Positions 1 to 12,300 of a stretch of 64,000 bases of DNA are shown piece by piece. The notes beneath the pieces were generated by a model that saw nothing but the letters and a program-made list of their open reading frames with translations, did not search any database and was not told where the DNA came from. The position numbers and the translations under genes were made by a program. Position 1 is the first letter of the stretch. Every line of letters begins with the position of its first letter. This DNA is from Octopus sinensis (taxonomy: Eukaryota). The stretch is from NCBI RefSeq assembly GCF_006345805.1, contig NC_043010.1, forward strand, positions 60,636,001 through 60,700,000, in the 5' to 3' direction.

Positions 1-750
1 GTCCAGGTGGGAGCCTGCACCATGCTTCTAAGTGTGTTTGGCATGGTTTTTACAGCTGGATGCCCTTCCTAACACCAACCACTCCATAGAGTGGGCTGAG
101 TGCTTTTTATGTGACACTTGCACAGATGAGGTCAGTTTTGGCATGGTATTTTACAACAGGATGCCCTTCCAAATGCCAATCACTTTACAATCCAGTGTCA
201 TTTCCTCTGTGAGGCAACACATCCTGAGATCAGTTCTCACCATTTCATCCCATGTCTTCCTGGGTCTCCCTTTTCCACAGACACCATCCACTTTCAGTGA
301 CAGACACTTCTTTATACAACTGTCTTCATTCATACACATCACATGTCCAAACCATCATAGTCTTCTCTCTTGCATGCTGCATTTGATTCCTTTTATACCC
401 AACTCTTCTCTCAACACATTTGCGCTTTATCATCCATGCACATTGACACTGCATATCCAGTGGAGCATACCACTGTTGTTCCTCTCTAGTCTACAAGTGT
501 CCTCTGCATTCAGAGCCCATGTCTCACTGCCATGGAGTATAGCTATTCATATACATGCATCATACAATCTACCTTTCAAGCTAAAAGAGAGTCCTTTTGT
601 TGCCAACAGAGGTAATAGCTCTCTGAAATTTCTCCATCCTATTTGTATTCTAGAAACAATACTTTCAGAGCATACACCAACACCCCACCACCCCATTGCT
701 AATTTGGTACCTGTTTATAGCCAGTTACACTGGCCATTGGGGAGTTAGGT
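1..750 (-). mobile_element. Degenerate 3' fragment of RTE-type LINE
   Basis: Minus-strand peptide EDSCIKKCLSLKVDGVCGKGRPRKTWDEMVRTDLR matches the C-terminus of the long RTE in this window; 1-150 matches its 3' UTR. Confidence 0.75.
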
Positions 751-1139
751 ATCCTGGTTATGAACACAATACAGAGCTAGAGATTGCTCTTACTTTCAAG
801 TGTAATCTTTTAGCTACAATTTTTAATATATATAATGTGTGTGTGTGTAAATACACACACACTTTATATGGTCAATTAATTCATAGGTGTTTAATTGTAC
901 TAAATTTTAAAATACTTAGTGTTTCATTTAAACAATGTACTGCATCTGTCCCGACCAATATTTTGGTGAGACTGTGTATCTCAATACAACTAAAACTATT
1001 TGTTCAGTACTTATCAGAGTCAGATGAGCACTGAATCATCGAAACATTGCTTTCGCATAGTGACACATAATATTGTTTTTAAATGAGTTAGTCTGAAAGA
1101 TAAATAATGAGACATATTGATAATTCAGTATAAAAGCTA

Positions 1140-1330
1140 TGAAGGTGATGGGATGGTGGAATTGTTAGCTTGCCAGGCAAAATGCTCAGTGGCATTTCAT
1201 CCATTTTTACATTCTGAGTTCCAATATTGCCAGGGCCAACATAGCATTTCATCCTTTCGGGTTCAATAAATTCAGTACCAATTGAGCACTGGAGTACATG
1301 TAATCAATTTACCCTTTTCCCCAAGTTTGC
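1140..1330 (+). mobile_element. tRNA-type SINE (degenerate)
   Basis: GAATTGTTAGC..GCAAAATGCT..TTCTGAGTTC..TTTCATCCTTTCGGG..AATAAA..AGTACC, shared with 46920-47100, 39140-39270 and 62300-62620. Confidence 0.6.
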
Positions 1331-1497
1331 TTGCAAAATTTGAAACCTGTATAAAAGCTACCATGGTGCTTGTATATTCCACAAAGATAACTCTTACTCA
1401 CTAATGAATGTCACATCAGGAAAAGATGGTTTTTAAATTGTACATTTGGGTATAATAGAATGTATTTACAGATATATATGTGTGTGTGTGTGTATAC

Positions 1498-1536
<39 letters not shown>

Positions 1537-1660
1537 CATATATATATATATATTAACATTGACCTGTTTGCTATTATTTCCATAAGTTATTTTATTTTCA
1601 ATACTGCTGTTGTCTTTTGTAGCAGTTTCTCCTGCTGAAATGTGATGAAGAATTCCAGAC

Positions 1661-4060
1661 ATGACAGCATATATTGGTCTACTGTGTCTTCTACATTTAC
1701 TGATCACCCTTGTACTGTCCATAGATATTACATACCATGTCAAGGAAGAAGACAGTCCTCACACCTATATAGGAGACATTGCTGTTGACTCCAACTTATC
1801 ACACCCTCTCACACATCAACAACACACTCTCATTACATTTACACAACTACAAAGGACAGTCGAGAGTGGTTCTCACTTATTTAATGTCACCAACTCAGGA
1901 AAACTATACACTACTCAAACACTGGATGCTGAGTCTCTGTGTACATACAACAAGGAATGTTCCAGAATAGTTAAAGTAGCAGTGAGGAAAGGAAAGACAT
2001 TTTTAAAAATTCTTAAAATTAAAATATTAATAGAAGACATCAATGATCATTCACCAGAATTTCCAAAGAATGAAATCACAATTCAATTTTTGGAGAGAGA
2101 CTTTGAAGGTTCTAAAATACCCCTTCTAAATGCCATTGATAAAGACATTTCAATAAAGAATTCTCAAATTACATATGTGATTAAGAAAAGTAAGAGAGAA
2201 GTATTTGCACTCTCAATTGAAAAGCGGTATGATGGTGTTTTCATACCTACTCTGACTTTGAAAAGCAAATTAGACAGGGAAGTGAAAGACTCATATATGT
2301 TGACCCTGGAGGCTAAAGATGGAGGGTACCCTCCCAAAACAGCTACACTCAAAGTACACATATCTGTAACAGATGTCAATGATAACATACCTGTATTTTC
2401 ACAGAAATTCTATAACATCTCTATAAATAATTCACATCAAAGACATTTACCAATTCTTACTTTAAAAGCCACAGATCAAGATTCTGGAGACAATGGAAAG
2501 ATTTCTTATCATTTCAACCATAAAACATCCCAAAATATCCAGAAATATTTTGTATTAGATAAGAAAACTGGAGATTTATTTTTACACAATAATTTTCATT
2601 TTAGTAAAAAGCAATCTTATAAATTATTTATTGAAGCACAGGATGAAGGAAATCCACCCTTAAGTTCTGTAACCAAAGTCCAGATTCACATTATTAATAA
2701 CCAAAATACTGCTCCATTGATTAACATAGATTTTGTATCTCCTTTATCAGAGAGCTCAGCAGCAGTTTCAGAAGACAGTGAAGTAGATAGTTTTATAGCT
2801 TATGTTATGGTCACTGACAATGATAGTGGGCCTAATGGTGAGGTTATCTGTGATTTAAAACATGATAAATTTAAACTTGCCAAAATGGATTCTAAAGAAT
2901 ATAAAATGATTGTTAAAGGCCATCTTGACAGAGAAATAAGGGACCACTATAAAGTATCTATTGTGTGTCATGACATGGGGTCACCTCAACTAGAAAGTAA
3001 AAAATATTTCTCTGTCAAAGTAACTGATGTCAATGATGTAGAACCACATTTTACCAAAGAGACTTTCCAATTCCTCACATATGAAAACCAGAAAGTTGAC
3101 TTCCCTATTGGCTTCATCAATGCTACAGACCCTGATCTTGGAGATGGAGGCCAACTTACATATTCTATCATCAATGATAACAACAATGATAACATTCCTT
3201 TCCAACTGACAAAATATGGATTTATTTCTACATCACAACCAATAGATCGAGAAATGAAAGACATCTATAAGTTCAAGGTTTTAGTGAAAGATAATGGAAC
3301 ACCTTCTCTCAATGACACTGCCAATATTGTTATTGAGATTCTAGATAAAAATGATAATGCTCCGTATTTTACGTTTCCTAATAATGACCCTTACAATCTC
3401 GATGTCCACTACCATCCACACAGTAAGAAGGACATCACAATTCTGAGAGCATCTGACAAAGACACTGGAAACAATGCTTTCCTCACATATGGAATACTGA
3501 GATCCAATGATAAAAACCTGTTTACAGTGAACTCACACACTGGTGTGTTATCTTTCTCTCGCACAGTTTACCAAAATGATGCAGGAACATATGAGCTGCA
3601 GTTTATAGTGAAAGACGGTGGTACTCCAGTTCAATCAGCAACAACTGCTATCATACTAACACTGTTTGTTAGTAATGATACATCTCCAATGTTGACTGCT
3701 GTGCCATTCCAGTCTGGTCACGACCTGAATATGACTTGGGTAATTATCATTGTAGCAGCAGCTGTAATACTATCTGTGGCTATCGTAGTGTCCATAACAC
3801 TGTGTGTTTTCAGATGTATTAATCACACAAATAACTCACCCACAACAGCAGAGAATCCCAACTTTCTCTCTCAGACTGAGATGAGACAATTACTGTATCA
3901 GACTAACAATCCTGTTGCAATAACGAGAAATGCAGAAGAGATATTTAACCGAAATCTTCAGACAATAAAATCTAAAAGTCAGTTTTTTCTGGAGATGGAA
4001 CAGACACCAGATGAGTGGAAATTCTCAACAACACAAAGGAGACTTCCACCTGTGCCTCAG
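1661..4060 (+). CDS. Pcdh: Protocadherin C1, large ectodomain exon (signal peptide, EC1-EC6, TM, proximal cytoplasmic tail)
   Basis: Open 800 codons. Hydrophobic leader MTAYIGLLCLLHLLITLVLS; cadherin motifs DINDH, LDRE, DVNDN, ATDQD, DKNDNAP; EC1 C-X5-C (CTYNKEC); TM WVIIIVAAAVILSVAIVVSITLCVF. Phase-0 donor CAG|GTAAAT at 4060/4061; acceptor TTTTGTAG 38 nt upstream of ATG. Symbol is family level only. Confidence 0.97.
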
Positions 4061-4438
4061 GTAAATATATTTTGAAACAATCCAGTTGTTGCATCAAATT
4101 TCTTTACAATATTCCTGCAAACATATTTTATACATCGTGTTTATTTCCATGTTGTGTTCCATTCCTTATGTCTTTGTCATGAAACACAATGGCTTTTTCA
4201 TAATTTTACATTTTACAGAAGAAATAGACAGAATTACATGGACTTCATTAAACTTGTATCTTTGTCTTGTTTATTCTAAGTTTATTTTAATTAACCAAGA
4301 AAAAGTTTATTATAATCTTTCTGCTCATTTTAAATGCATTCCATTCTTGTGTCATACCAGGGACATTCTAGAATATAAATGCACGTGTTTCTTCTTTTTA
4401 ACATTATGCTTCACTCTGCTTTGTTTTCTAATCAACAG

Positions 4439-4827
4439 AGATGTGATTCAATCCATAGTCAAGGACGTCGCACCAGTTCCATCATGTCTTACAACAGTGA
4501 CACCTTAGCATCCCAAAAGGACAGAGAAGCTAGCAAGAGTAATGGCAAGACTAAACCATATGATGAGATACCTGCAGAACCAGGTAACTTTTATCAAAAC
4601 ATAACATATAAATGTAATTGCCTTTATTACTGTAGGACAATATATAATGTTATGCTTAGTGTAATATAAGATCAATGTTTCTATCTTTATATATTGGAGT
4701 TGTTATATTGAAATGTAATTTGTGTTTGTATATTTGATATTTTGCAGAATATACCAATGACAATCCAGTGGCAGCCACAATACTAAAGGGACAACAAATA
4801 CAAGATACCTATCTACAGCCAACATAG
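4439..4827 (+). CDS. Pcdh: C1 cytoplasmic exons 2 (4439-4583) and 3 (4748-4827)
   Basis: AATCAACAG|AGA..CCAG|GTAACT (145 nt, phase 0 to 1), then TTTTGCAG|AA..TAG TAG. Phases chain with exon 1, giving RCDSIHSQGRRTSSIMSYNSDTLASQKDREASKSNGKTKPYDEIPAEP-EYTNDNPVAATILKGQQIQDTYLQPT*. Predicted from splice signals, no transcript evidence. Confidence 0.82.
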
Positions 4828-5344
4828 TAGATGTTCCATGACTATTGTTAAATGATTCTCTCACACACCAAATCTTATACAATACTTTATATTCATATAC
4901 AAATATTAACTCTATGTTACTTTCACACATCACACGTAAAGGGCCTTACAGTGGCATCTACTATGACCCCTTTCTTACATCTCTGATACAATAAATACAA
5001 TAAAAACCTAACTTTATTATAACATAGTACATTATTATAAAAGCATTATTTTACTGTCAGTTGTAGTATAGATATTTCCTTAAGCATAAGTCTATTAATT
5101 TTAGCTTTCCTAAAATAGATTTAATTAATTTAGCTCTTGAATATTGAATTTGTAATGATCAAACATTTTCTATCTTCTCCCTGAAGTTCAGTCTGTTTTT
5201 CTTTTAGAAATTGCTCAATTGTCATCTCATATTAACTTATACAACTTGGATGAAACACAGAAATATAATTATTAATTATTTTAATAGAAGTTCCTTTTTA
5301 CTAAGACTAAATATATAATAAAGTCATACTACTAATTATACCCC

Positions 5345-5960
5345 TGTAAATTATCAAGCTGCTTCAGTGTAACATGAATTCTCTTATTTGCTATGTTTGT
5401 GTGACACAGACATCATTGCAGTCATTTCCTATTGGATGAGAGAGATTTTCTATATTTCTTTCAATATTGAAAGTGAGGCTGATAGCTTTTTTCTTTGTTC
5501 TTCACACACACAATTGTGTGTGTGGAGGACATAGAGTTGTAACTAGCACACACCAGCATCTGGCTAACATCTCACCTCCCACTACATACAGCAACTGTCA
5601 CACTATTATATCAGCAGTTACACAGGAACAGCAGCAGCAGCTGCAGTAACACAGGAACACTATTACAACAGCAGCAGTACCACTATAATACCACTACAGC
5701 AGCAGCAGCAGCAGTTGGAGTGGAACACTACAGCAGGATACACATCATCCATCACACACAACTACAGTGAAGGATTAAACAATGCAGGTAAGTCTCTCTC
5801 TCTCTCTTTCTCTTTATTATCTTTTCATATTCATTATAACATTTATATTATTTGTATTTCTAATGAAAGACAGGGTAAGGATAATATCTAAAATGTCTGC
5901 CATGTTGTATATATACAGGGACTGGGACAGTGGAGGATCGAGAGATCTAGCCATCACTTC
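5345..5960 (+). promoter_or_regulatory. Conserved block 1: putative promoter and non-coding first exon of C2 (donor GT at 5788)
   Basis: Near-identical in all 7 units. Contains CCTATTGG (reverse CCAAT) at ~5428-5435, a (GT)n tract, a CAG-rich segment, then AAACAATGCAG|GTAAGT and (CT)n. Function is inference. Confidence 0.55.
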
Positions 5961-6116
5961 CACCATTAACAACAACTACAGTAATACAATCACTTCAAAC
6001 TGCATTACGCTTTTTAATGTCAGAATCATACCAGACACATTATACAAGAAATATTAAATTATATATATTCCTATGTTATATTTTATATTAAATTTTGGTG
6101 TTGTATAGTCCAAATG

Positions 6117-6200
<84 letters not shown>

Positions 6201-6431
6201 TTGTCAGAAAACATCAATATCCAATAAGACTGGCTGTTAGTATAGTTTCTTTCTGTGTTGTTGTTATAATTCACTAATTTAACCTTAATCTTTATTTAGG
6301 TTTAATGAACTCTAACAGATTACAAATATACCTTTCTATATTCCCTGTTAAATATTCATTATATATGTCTATGTATACAAAAAAATTAAAAAGTTTTTTT
6401 ATTATTATTATTATAATTATTATTATTATTA

Positions 6432-6486
<55 letters not shown>
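6117..6486. repeat. (TA)n and (ATT)n microsatellites
   Basis: Direct reading: 6117-6200 and 6400-6486. Confidence 0.95.
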
Positions 6487-6489
<3 letters not shown>

Positions 6490-8374
6490 TTGACAATAAA
6501 TATAATGTAGTGTATATTTGTTATTTAAGATATATTGTGTGAGATATAAACTGATGATATTGTCGTGTGTTGTTAAGATATATTTATTCTGACAACAAGA
6601 GATGAATGTTGTAGATTTGTTGAGAATTCGTCAAGAATAGTATCATATTCTATGTACAAACTAATATACATTACATTATTATAGTTGTTATTTCATAACA
6701 AAACATTACAGAAATACATGTAGAAGTATAATATAAAACCTGCATATCATATCTAGCAAATAAGATTGAAAATATTTTTGTTTTGATGTATTCAATTTAA
6801 ACTTTCTATATATTACATGGAAATTATTATGGGTTCGTTTCTAGGGGTTTTTTTAACATCTAATATTTTATTATGTCTATCTTTCTTTTATTGTAAAATA
6901 TTTTTGTGCAATTTCATAAATTATTCTTTCATATTAATGTCACTGTGTTCATTTCAATATCAAAAAATGTATTATGAAAAATGTTTCCCACACCCTACAA
7001 CAAAGTACTTTAAGCTCTGTCAGTGTTTGAAATAATGAAACTAATCTCAGCTCTTTTAGAAAAATATTTCTTTCCTTCTTCAGATTCCAACCCACTCAAT
7101 ACTTTCTTTAACACAGAGCTTGGACCATATTATTAGTGCTCCATCCACTCTTGAACATTCACCATCTACCATTTTTTGTTCCCTATGCACATCTTTTCCT
7201 TTGATTTAGTGTTAGCAAAGAACTGGAACAATTTCTTTCACTCTGCGTCTTCTTCATATGCTATTAAACAGTCAGTATTGTTGACATTTTCAATGCAATT
7301 TTGTAAACACTAATGAACCATTCCTACTTCTTGTTCAGCTTTCATTATTATAATTTACATACATTACCACTCAGCTATGCTACTGATATATATATGGAGT
7401 GTTTCACTCAAAGGTCTAACAGACACACAGCTGTCAAATTATTTCTGAAGAGTAACTTTATATGTTAAAAGCAATATTTGGTCTGAGTTTTACACTACAA
7501 GAACCATCTTCTTTTTGCATTGGAACATGGCTGCGACCGTTTTAGACCAGTTTATTCCAATAAATGTAGAGAAACTAGTAGAAAGGGCTTGCTAGTGTTT
7601 ACAAGAGCACACCAAAATCTTATGCCCCTTTTAGCCCCACTGAAATAAGAGAAGGAGGCTGGTGCACTGATCTGGAAAGTATGCCAAATTTAGTGGTGGA
7701 ATTCAGTTACCTGTGGCCAGGTAACTGAAGGTAGACTATACTATTAAGAATTAACAGCTTCTTATGTATTTTAAATGGACACAAATTGCTCTTACACCAT
7801 GTAATAGTTTGTGTGTGTTTGTGTGTGATCTCTATTGGTCACCTTCTCACTACTCACTCTGCATTCACTCTTTCTTGTTCTCTGTGCTATGTCACCTGTG
7901 TTACAAGAGATGTTATTTGACTTACCTGTATCCATATACCCCTACCCCATCCTTATCCTGACATCTCTTGCCCATCATACAATGTATAAGGTATTATGTC
8001 ACACAATACATTCCACCATCATTCTTTTTGTACTGCCAGTCATTTGTCATCACTCTCTTTCCTCAGAACCACTTGTTATTGACATCTGTCACTCACCCTT
8101 ACCATTGTTCTCCTCTATTACCATCCATCACCCTCTCTCAACCTTCAATCACTCTTTTTCTTTTACTATCCTATCGTCCTCTTGCCGTTTGTGTTATGAT
8201 AGACATGACAACCTGCACAAGTGACTAGTGAATGAGTTAAGGCATTCAGCCATAAAACTGTATTTTAACTTCTAAAGACTGGGTTGCCCTCTTCAACCAC
8301 CTGGTCAGCATAAATATAACAGCATCTGTGCCAATCAGTGATTAAGAATGAACAGACTTTAATGTCTATTGTCC

Positions 8375-8635
8375 ATGCTGGCATGGCTTGGATGGTTTGA
8401 CTGAGTACTGGCAAACCAGATGGCTACACCAGGCTCTAATCTGATCTGGCAAGGTTTCTATAGCTGGATGCCCTTCCTAACGCCAACCACTCTGAGAGTG
8501 TAGAGGGTACTTTTTATGTGCCACCAACATGGGCCAATCATGTGGTTCTGGCATCGCCCACACTCAAATGGTGCTTTTTACATGCCACCAGCATATGTGC
8601 CAGTCTGGCGGCACTGGCAATGACCACACTTGAAT
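8375..8635 (-). mobile_element. RTE 3'-end fragment / RTE-tailed SINE
   Basis: CCATGCTGGCATGG..CTGGATGCCCTTCCTAACGCCAACCAC..ATGTGCCACC, matching 9340-9500. Confidence 0.75.
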
Positions 8636-8642
8636 GGTGCTT

Positions 8643-9015
<373 letters not shown>

Positions 9016-9315
9016 AAAATAAGAAAATGGAGAAATACATCGAAATCAAATATCAATTATCAGATAATACTCAATCACATACTTTATTAAACCACCACAT
9101 AAGAAACTATAAGGTTAAACATAATAATGCAGGGTAAAGCAGTGTACATGAAGGAGTGTACATAAAATAGTAATATTATACAATAAGTAGAATACGTATA
9201 ATAGAACATAAATATAAGTACACATAAATACAAATATAGCAGTATATTGGATATATGGTATCCCATGGTGGGTTGCATTTACAACCCCTATCTCAATTTG
9301 AAAATATATATATAT

Positions 9316-12300
9316 CATCATCATCATCATCATCATTTAGCGTCCGTTTTCCATGCTAGCATGGGTTGGACGGTTCAACTGGGGTCTGGGGAGCCCGAAG
9401 GCTGCACCAGGCCAGTCAGATCTGGCAGTGTTTCTACAGCTGGATGCCCTTCCTAACGCCAACCACTCCGAGAGTGTAGTGGGTGATTTATGTGCCACCG
9501 ACACAGGTGCCAGACGAGGCTGGCGAACGGCCACGCTCGGATGGTGTTTTTATGTGCCACCGACACAGGTGCCAGACGAGGCTGGCAGACGGCCACGCTC
9601 GGATGGTGTTTTATGTGCCACCGACACAGGTGCCAGATGAGGCTGGCGGACGGCCACGATCGGATGGTGTTTGTTACGTCCCCAAAGCACGGAGGCCAGT
9701 CTATGCGGTACTGGCTACGGCCACGTTCGGATGATTTTCTTGTGTGCCACCGGCACTGGTACCACAAAGATACAAATTCCATTTATGTTCATCTATTTTG
9801 ATTTGTTTTGATTTGATTTGATTTTCACTTGCCTCAACAGGTCTTCACAAGTGTCACAAGAAGGAAGGTATGCACAGGTGGACTGACTACGTCGCCGGGT
9901 CTTCGGATGGTGTCTTTATGTGCCACCGACACAGGTGCCAGATGTGGCTGGCGAACAGCCACGATCGGATGGTTTTCTTGTGTGCCACCGGTACTGGAAC
10001 CACAAAGATACAAATTCCATTGATGTTCATCTATTTTGATTTGGTTTGATTTTCACTTGCCTCAACAGGTCTTCACAAGTGTCACGCGTGTCACACACTT
10101 GCCTCAACAGGTCTCCACAAGTGTCACACACTTGCCTCTGCCTCAACAGGTCTTCACAAAGTGTCACACACTTGCCTCTGCCTCAACAGGTCTTCACAAG
10201 TGTCATAAGAGGGAAGGTATGCACAGGTGGACTGACTACGTCGCCGGGTCTTTGGATGGTGTTTTTATGTGCCACCGACACAGGTGCCAGGTGAGGCTGG
10301 CGAACGGCCACGATCAGATGGTGTTTGTTGTGCCCACAGCACGGAGGCCAGTCGATGCGGTACCAGCTACGGCCACGTTCGGATGGTTTTCTTGTGTGCC
10401 ACCGGTACTGGAACCACAAAGATACAAATTCCATTGATATTCATCTATTTTGATTTGGTTTGATTTCCACTTGCCTCAACAGGTCTTCACAAGGGTCACA
10501 CACTTGCCTCAACAGGTCTTCACAAGTGTCATAAGAGGGAAGGTATGCACAGGTGGACTGACTACATCGCCGGGTCTTCGGATGGTGTCTTTATGTGCCA
10601 CCGACACAGGTGCCAGACGAGGCTGGCAGACGGCCACGCTCGGATGGTGTTTTTATGTGCCACCGACACAGGTGCCAGATGAGGCTGGCGGACGGCCACG
10701 ATCGGATGGTGTTTGTTACGTCCCCAAAGCACGGAGGCCAGTCTATGCGGTACTGGCTACGGCCACGTTCGGATGATTTTCTTGTGTGCCACCGGCACTG
10801 GTACCACAAAGATACAAATTCCATTTATGTTCATCTATTTTGATTTGTTTTGATTTGATTTGATTTTCACTTGCCTCAACAGGTCTTCACAAGTGTCACA
10901 AGAAGGAAGGTATGCACAGGTGGACTGACTACGTCGCCGGGTCTTCGGATGGTGTCTTTATGTGCCACCGACACAGGTGCCAGATGTGGCTGGCGAACAG
11001 CCACGATCGGATGGTTTTCTTGTGTGCCACCGGTACTGGAACCACAAAGATACAAATTCCATTGATGTTCATCTATTTTGATTTGGTTTGATTTTCACTT
11101 GCCTCAACAGGTCTTCACAAGTGTCACGCGTGTCACACACTTGCCTCAACAGGTCTCCACAAGTGTCACACACTTGCCTCTGCCTCAACAGGTCTTCACA
11201 AAGTGTCACACACTTGCCTCTGCCTCAACAGGTCTTCACAAGTGTCATAAGAGGGAAGGTATGCACAGGTGGACTGACTACGTCGCCGGGTCTTTGGATG
11301 GTGTTTTTATGTGCCACCGACACAGGTGCCAGGTGAGGCTGGCGAACGGCCACGATCAGATGGTGTTTGTTGTGCCCACAGCACGGAGGCCAGTCGATGC
11401 GGTACCAGCTACGGCCACGTTCGGATGGTTTTCTTGTGTGCCACCGGTACTGGAACCACAAAGATACAAATTCCATTGATATTCATCTATTTTGATTTGG
11501 TTGGGTCACACACTTGCCTCAACAGGTCTCCACAAGTGTCACACACTTGCCTCTGCCTCAACAGGTCTTCACAAGTGTCACACACTTGCCTCAACAGGTC
11601 TTCACAAGTGTCATAAGAGGGAAGGTATGCACAGGTGGACTGACTACATCGCCGGGTCTTTGGATGGTGTCTTTATGTGCCAGATGAGGCTGGCGAACGG
11701 CCACGATCGGATGGTGTTTGTTGTGCCCACAGCACGGAGGCCAGCCGATGCGGTACTGGTTACGGCCACGTTTGAGTGGTTTTCTTGTGTGCCACCGGCA
11801 CTGGTACCACAAAGAATACAATTCCACTGATGTTCATCTATTTTGATTTGTTTTGATTTGATTTGATTTCACTTGCCTCAACAGGTCTTCATAAGTGTCA
11901 CAAGAAGGAAGGTATGCACAGGACTGACTACGTCCCAGGTCGGGGCCACGGGTTATGGCCTGACTAGTCTTGCCGGGTCTTCTCATGCACAGCATACTTC
12001 CATAGGTCTCGGTCTCTAGACATTTCCTTAGTGAGACCTAAAGTTCGAAGGTCGTGCTTCACCACCTCGTCCCAGGTTTTCCTGGGTCTACCTCTTCCAC
12101 AGGTTCCCTCCACTGCTAGGGTGTAGCACTTTTGCACACAACTATCTTCAGCCTTTCTTGTCACATGACCATACCAGCGCAGCCGTCTCTCTTGCACGCC
12201 ACAACTGACGCTTCTTAGGTTCAACTTTTCTCTCAAGGAACTTACACTCTGACGATTATGAACACTGACATTACACATCCATCGGAGCATACTGGCTTCA

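Noticed and set aside
32-748. 238-aa plus-strand ORF
   Set aside because: Antisense reading of a degenerate RTE C-terminus.
1015-1070. Hammerhead-like GAGT-CAGATGAG..CGAAAC..
   Set aside because: Core U4 mutated, stems II and III poorly paired and no UH triplet; too degenerate to support.
1411-3264. Recurring short ORFs in each copy (MTWYVISMD.., MLLTPTYH.., MERNVII.., MSFISRS..)
   Set aside because: Antisense or alternate-frame shadows of the Pcdh exon, recurring only because the exon is duplicated.
5410-5472. Possible mini-exon CAG|ACATC..GAAA|GTGAGG (DIIAVISYWMREIFYISFNIE)
   Set aside because: Weak sites and no downstream phase-compatible exon that uses the conserved donor; more simply promoter sequence.
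5592-5950. Conserved block read as coding exons (QLSHYYISSYTGTAAAAAVTQEHYY..GLNNA + GTGTVEDREI*), preceded by a CTAAC branch-like motif and CAG acceptor
   Set aside because: Phases could join exon 1, but the frame has TAG in block 3 and a 2-nt insertion plus TAG in block 6. Disfavoured, not excluded without cDNA.
9480-11900. CRISPR-like appearance of recurring ~30-bp repeats
   Set aside because: Eukaryotic context; repeats are nested tandem units of a LINE 3' UTR and the intervening sequences are themselves repeated, not unique spacers.
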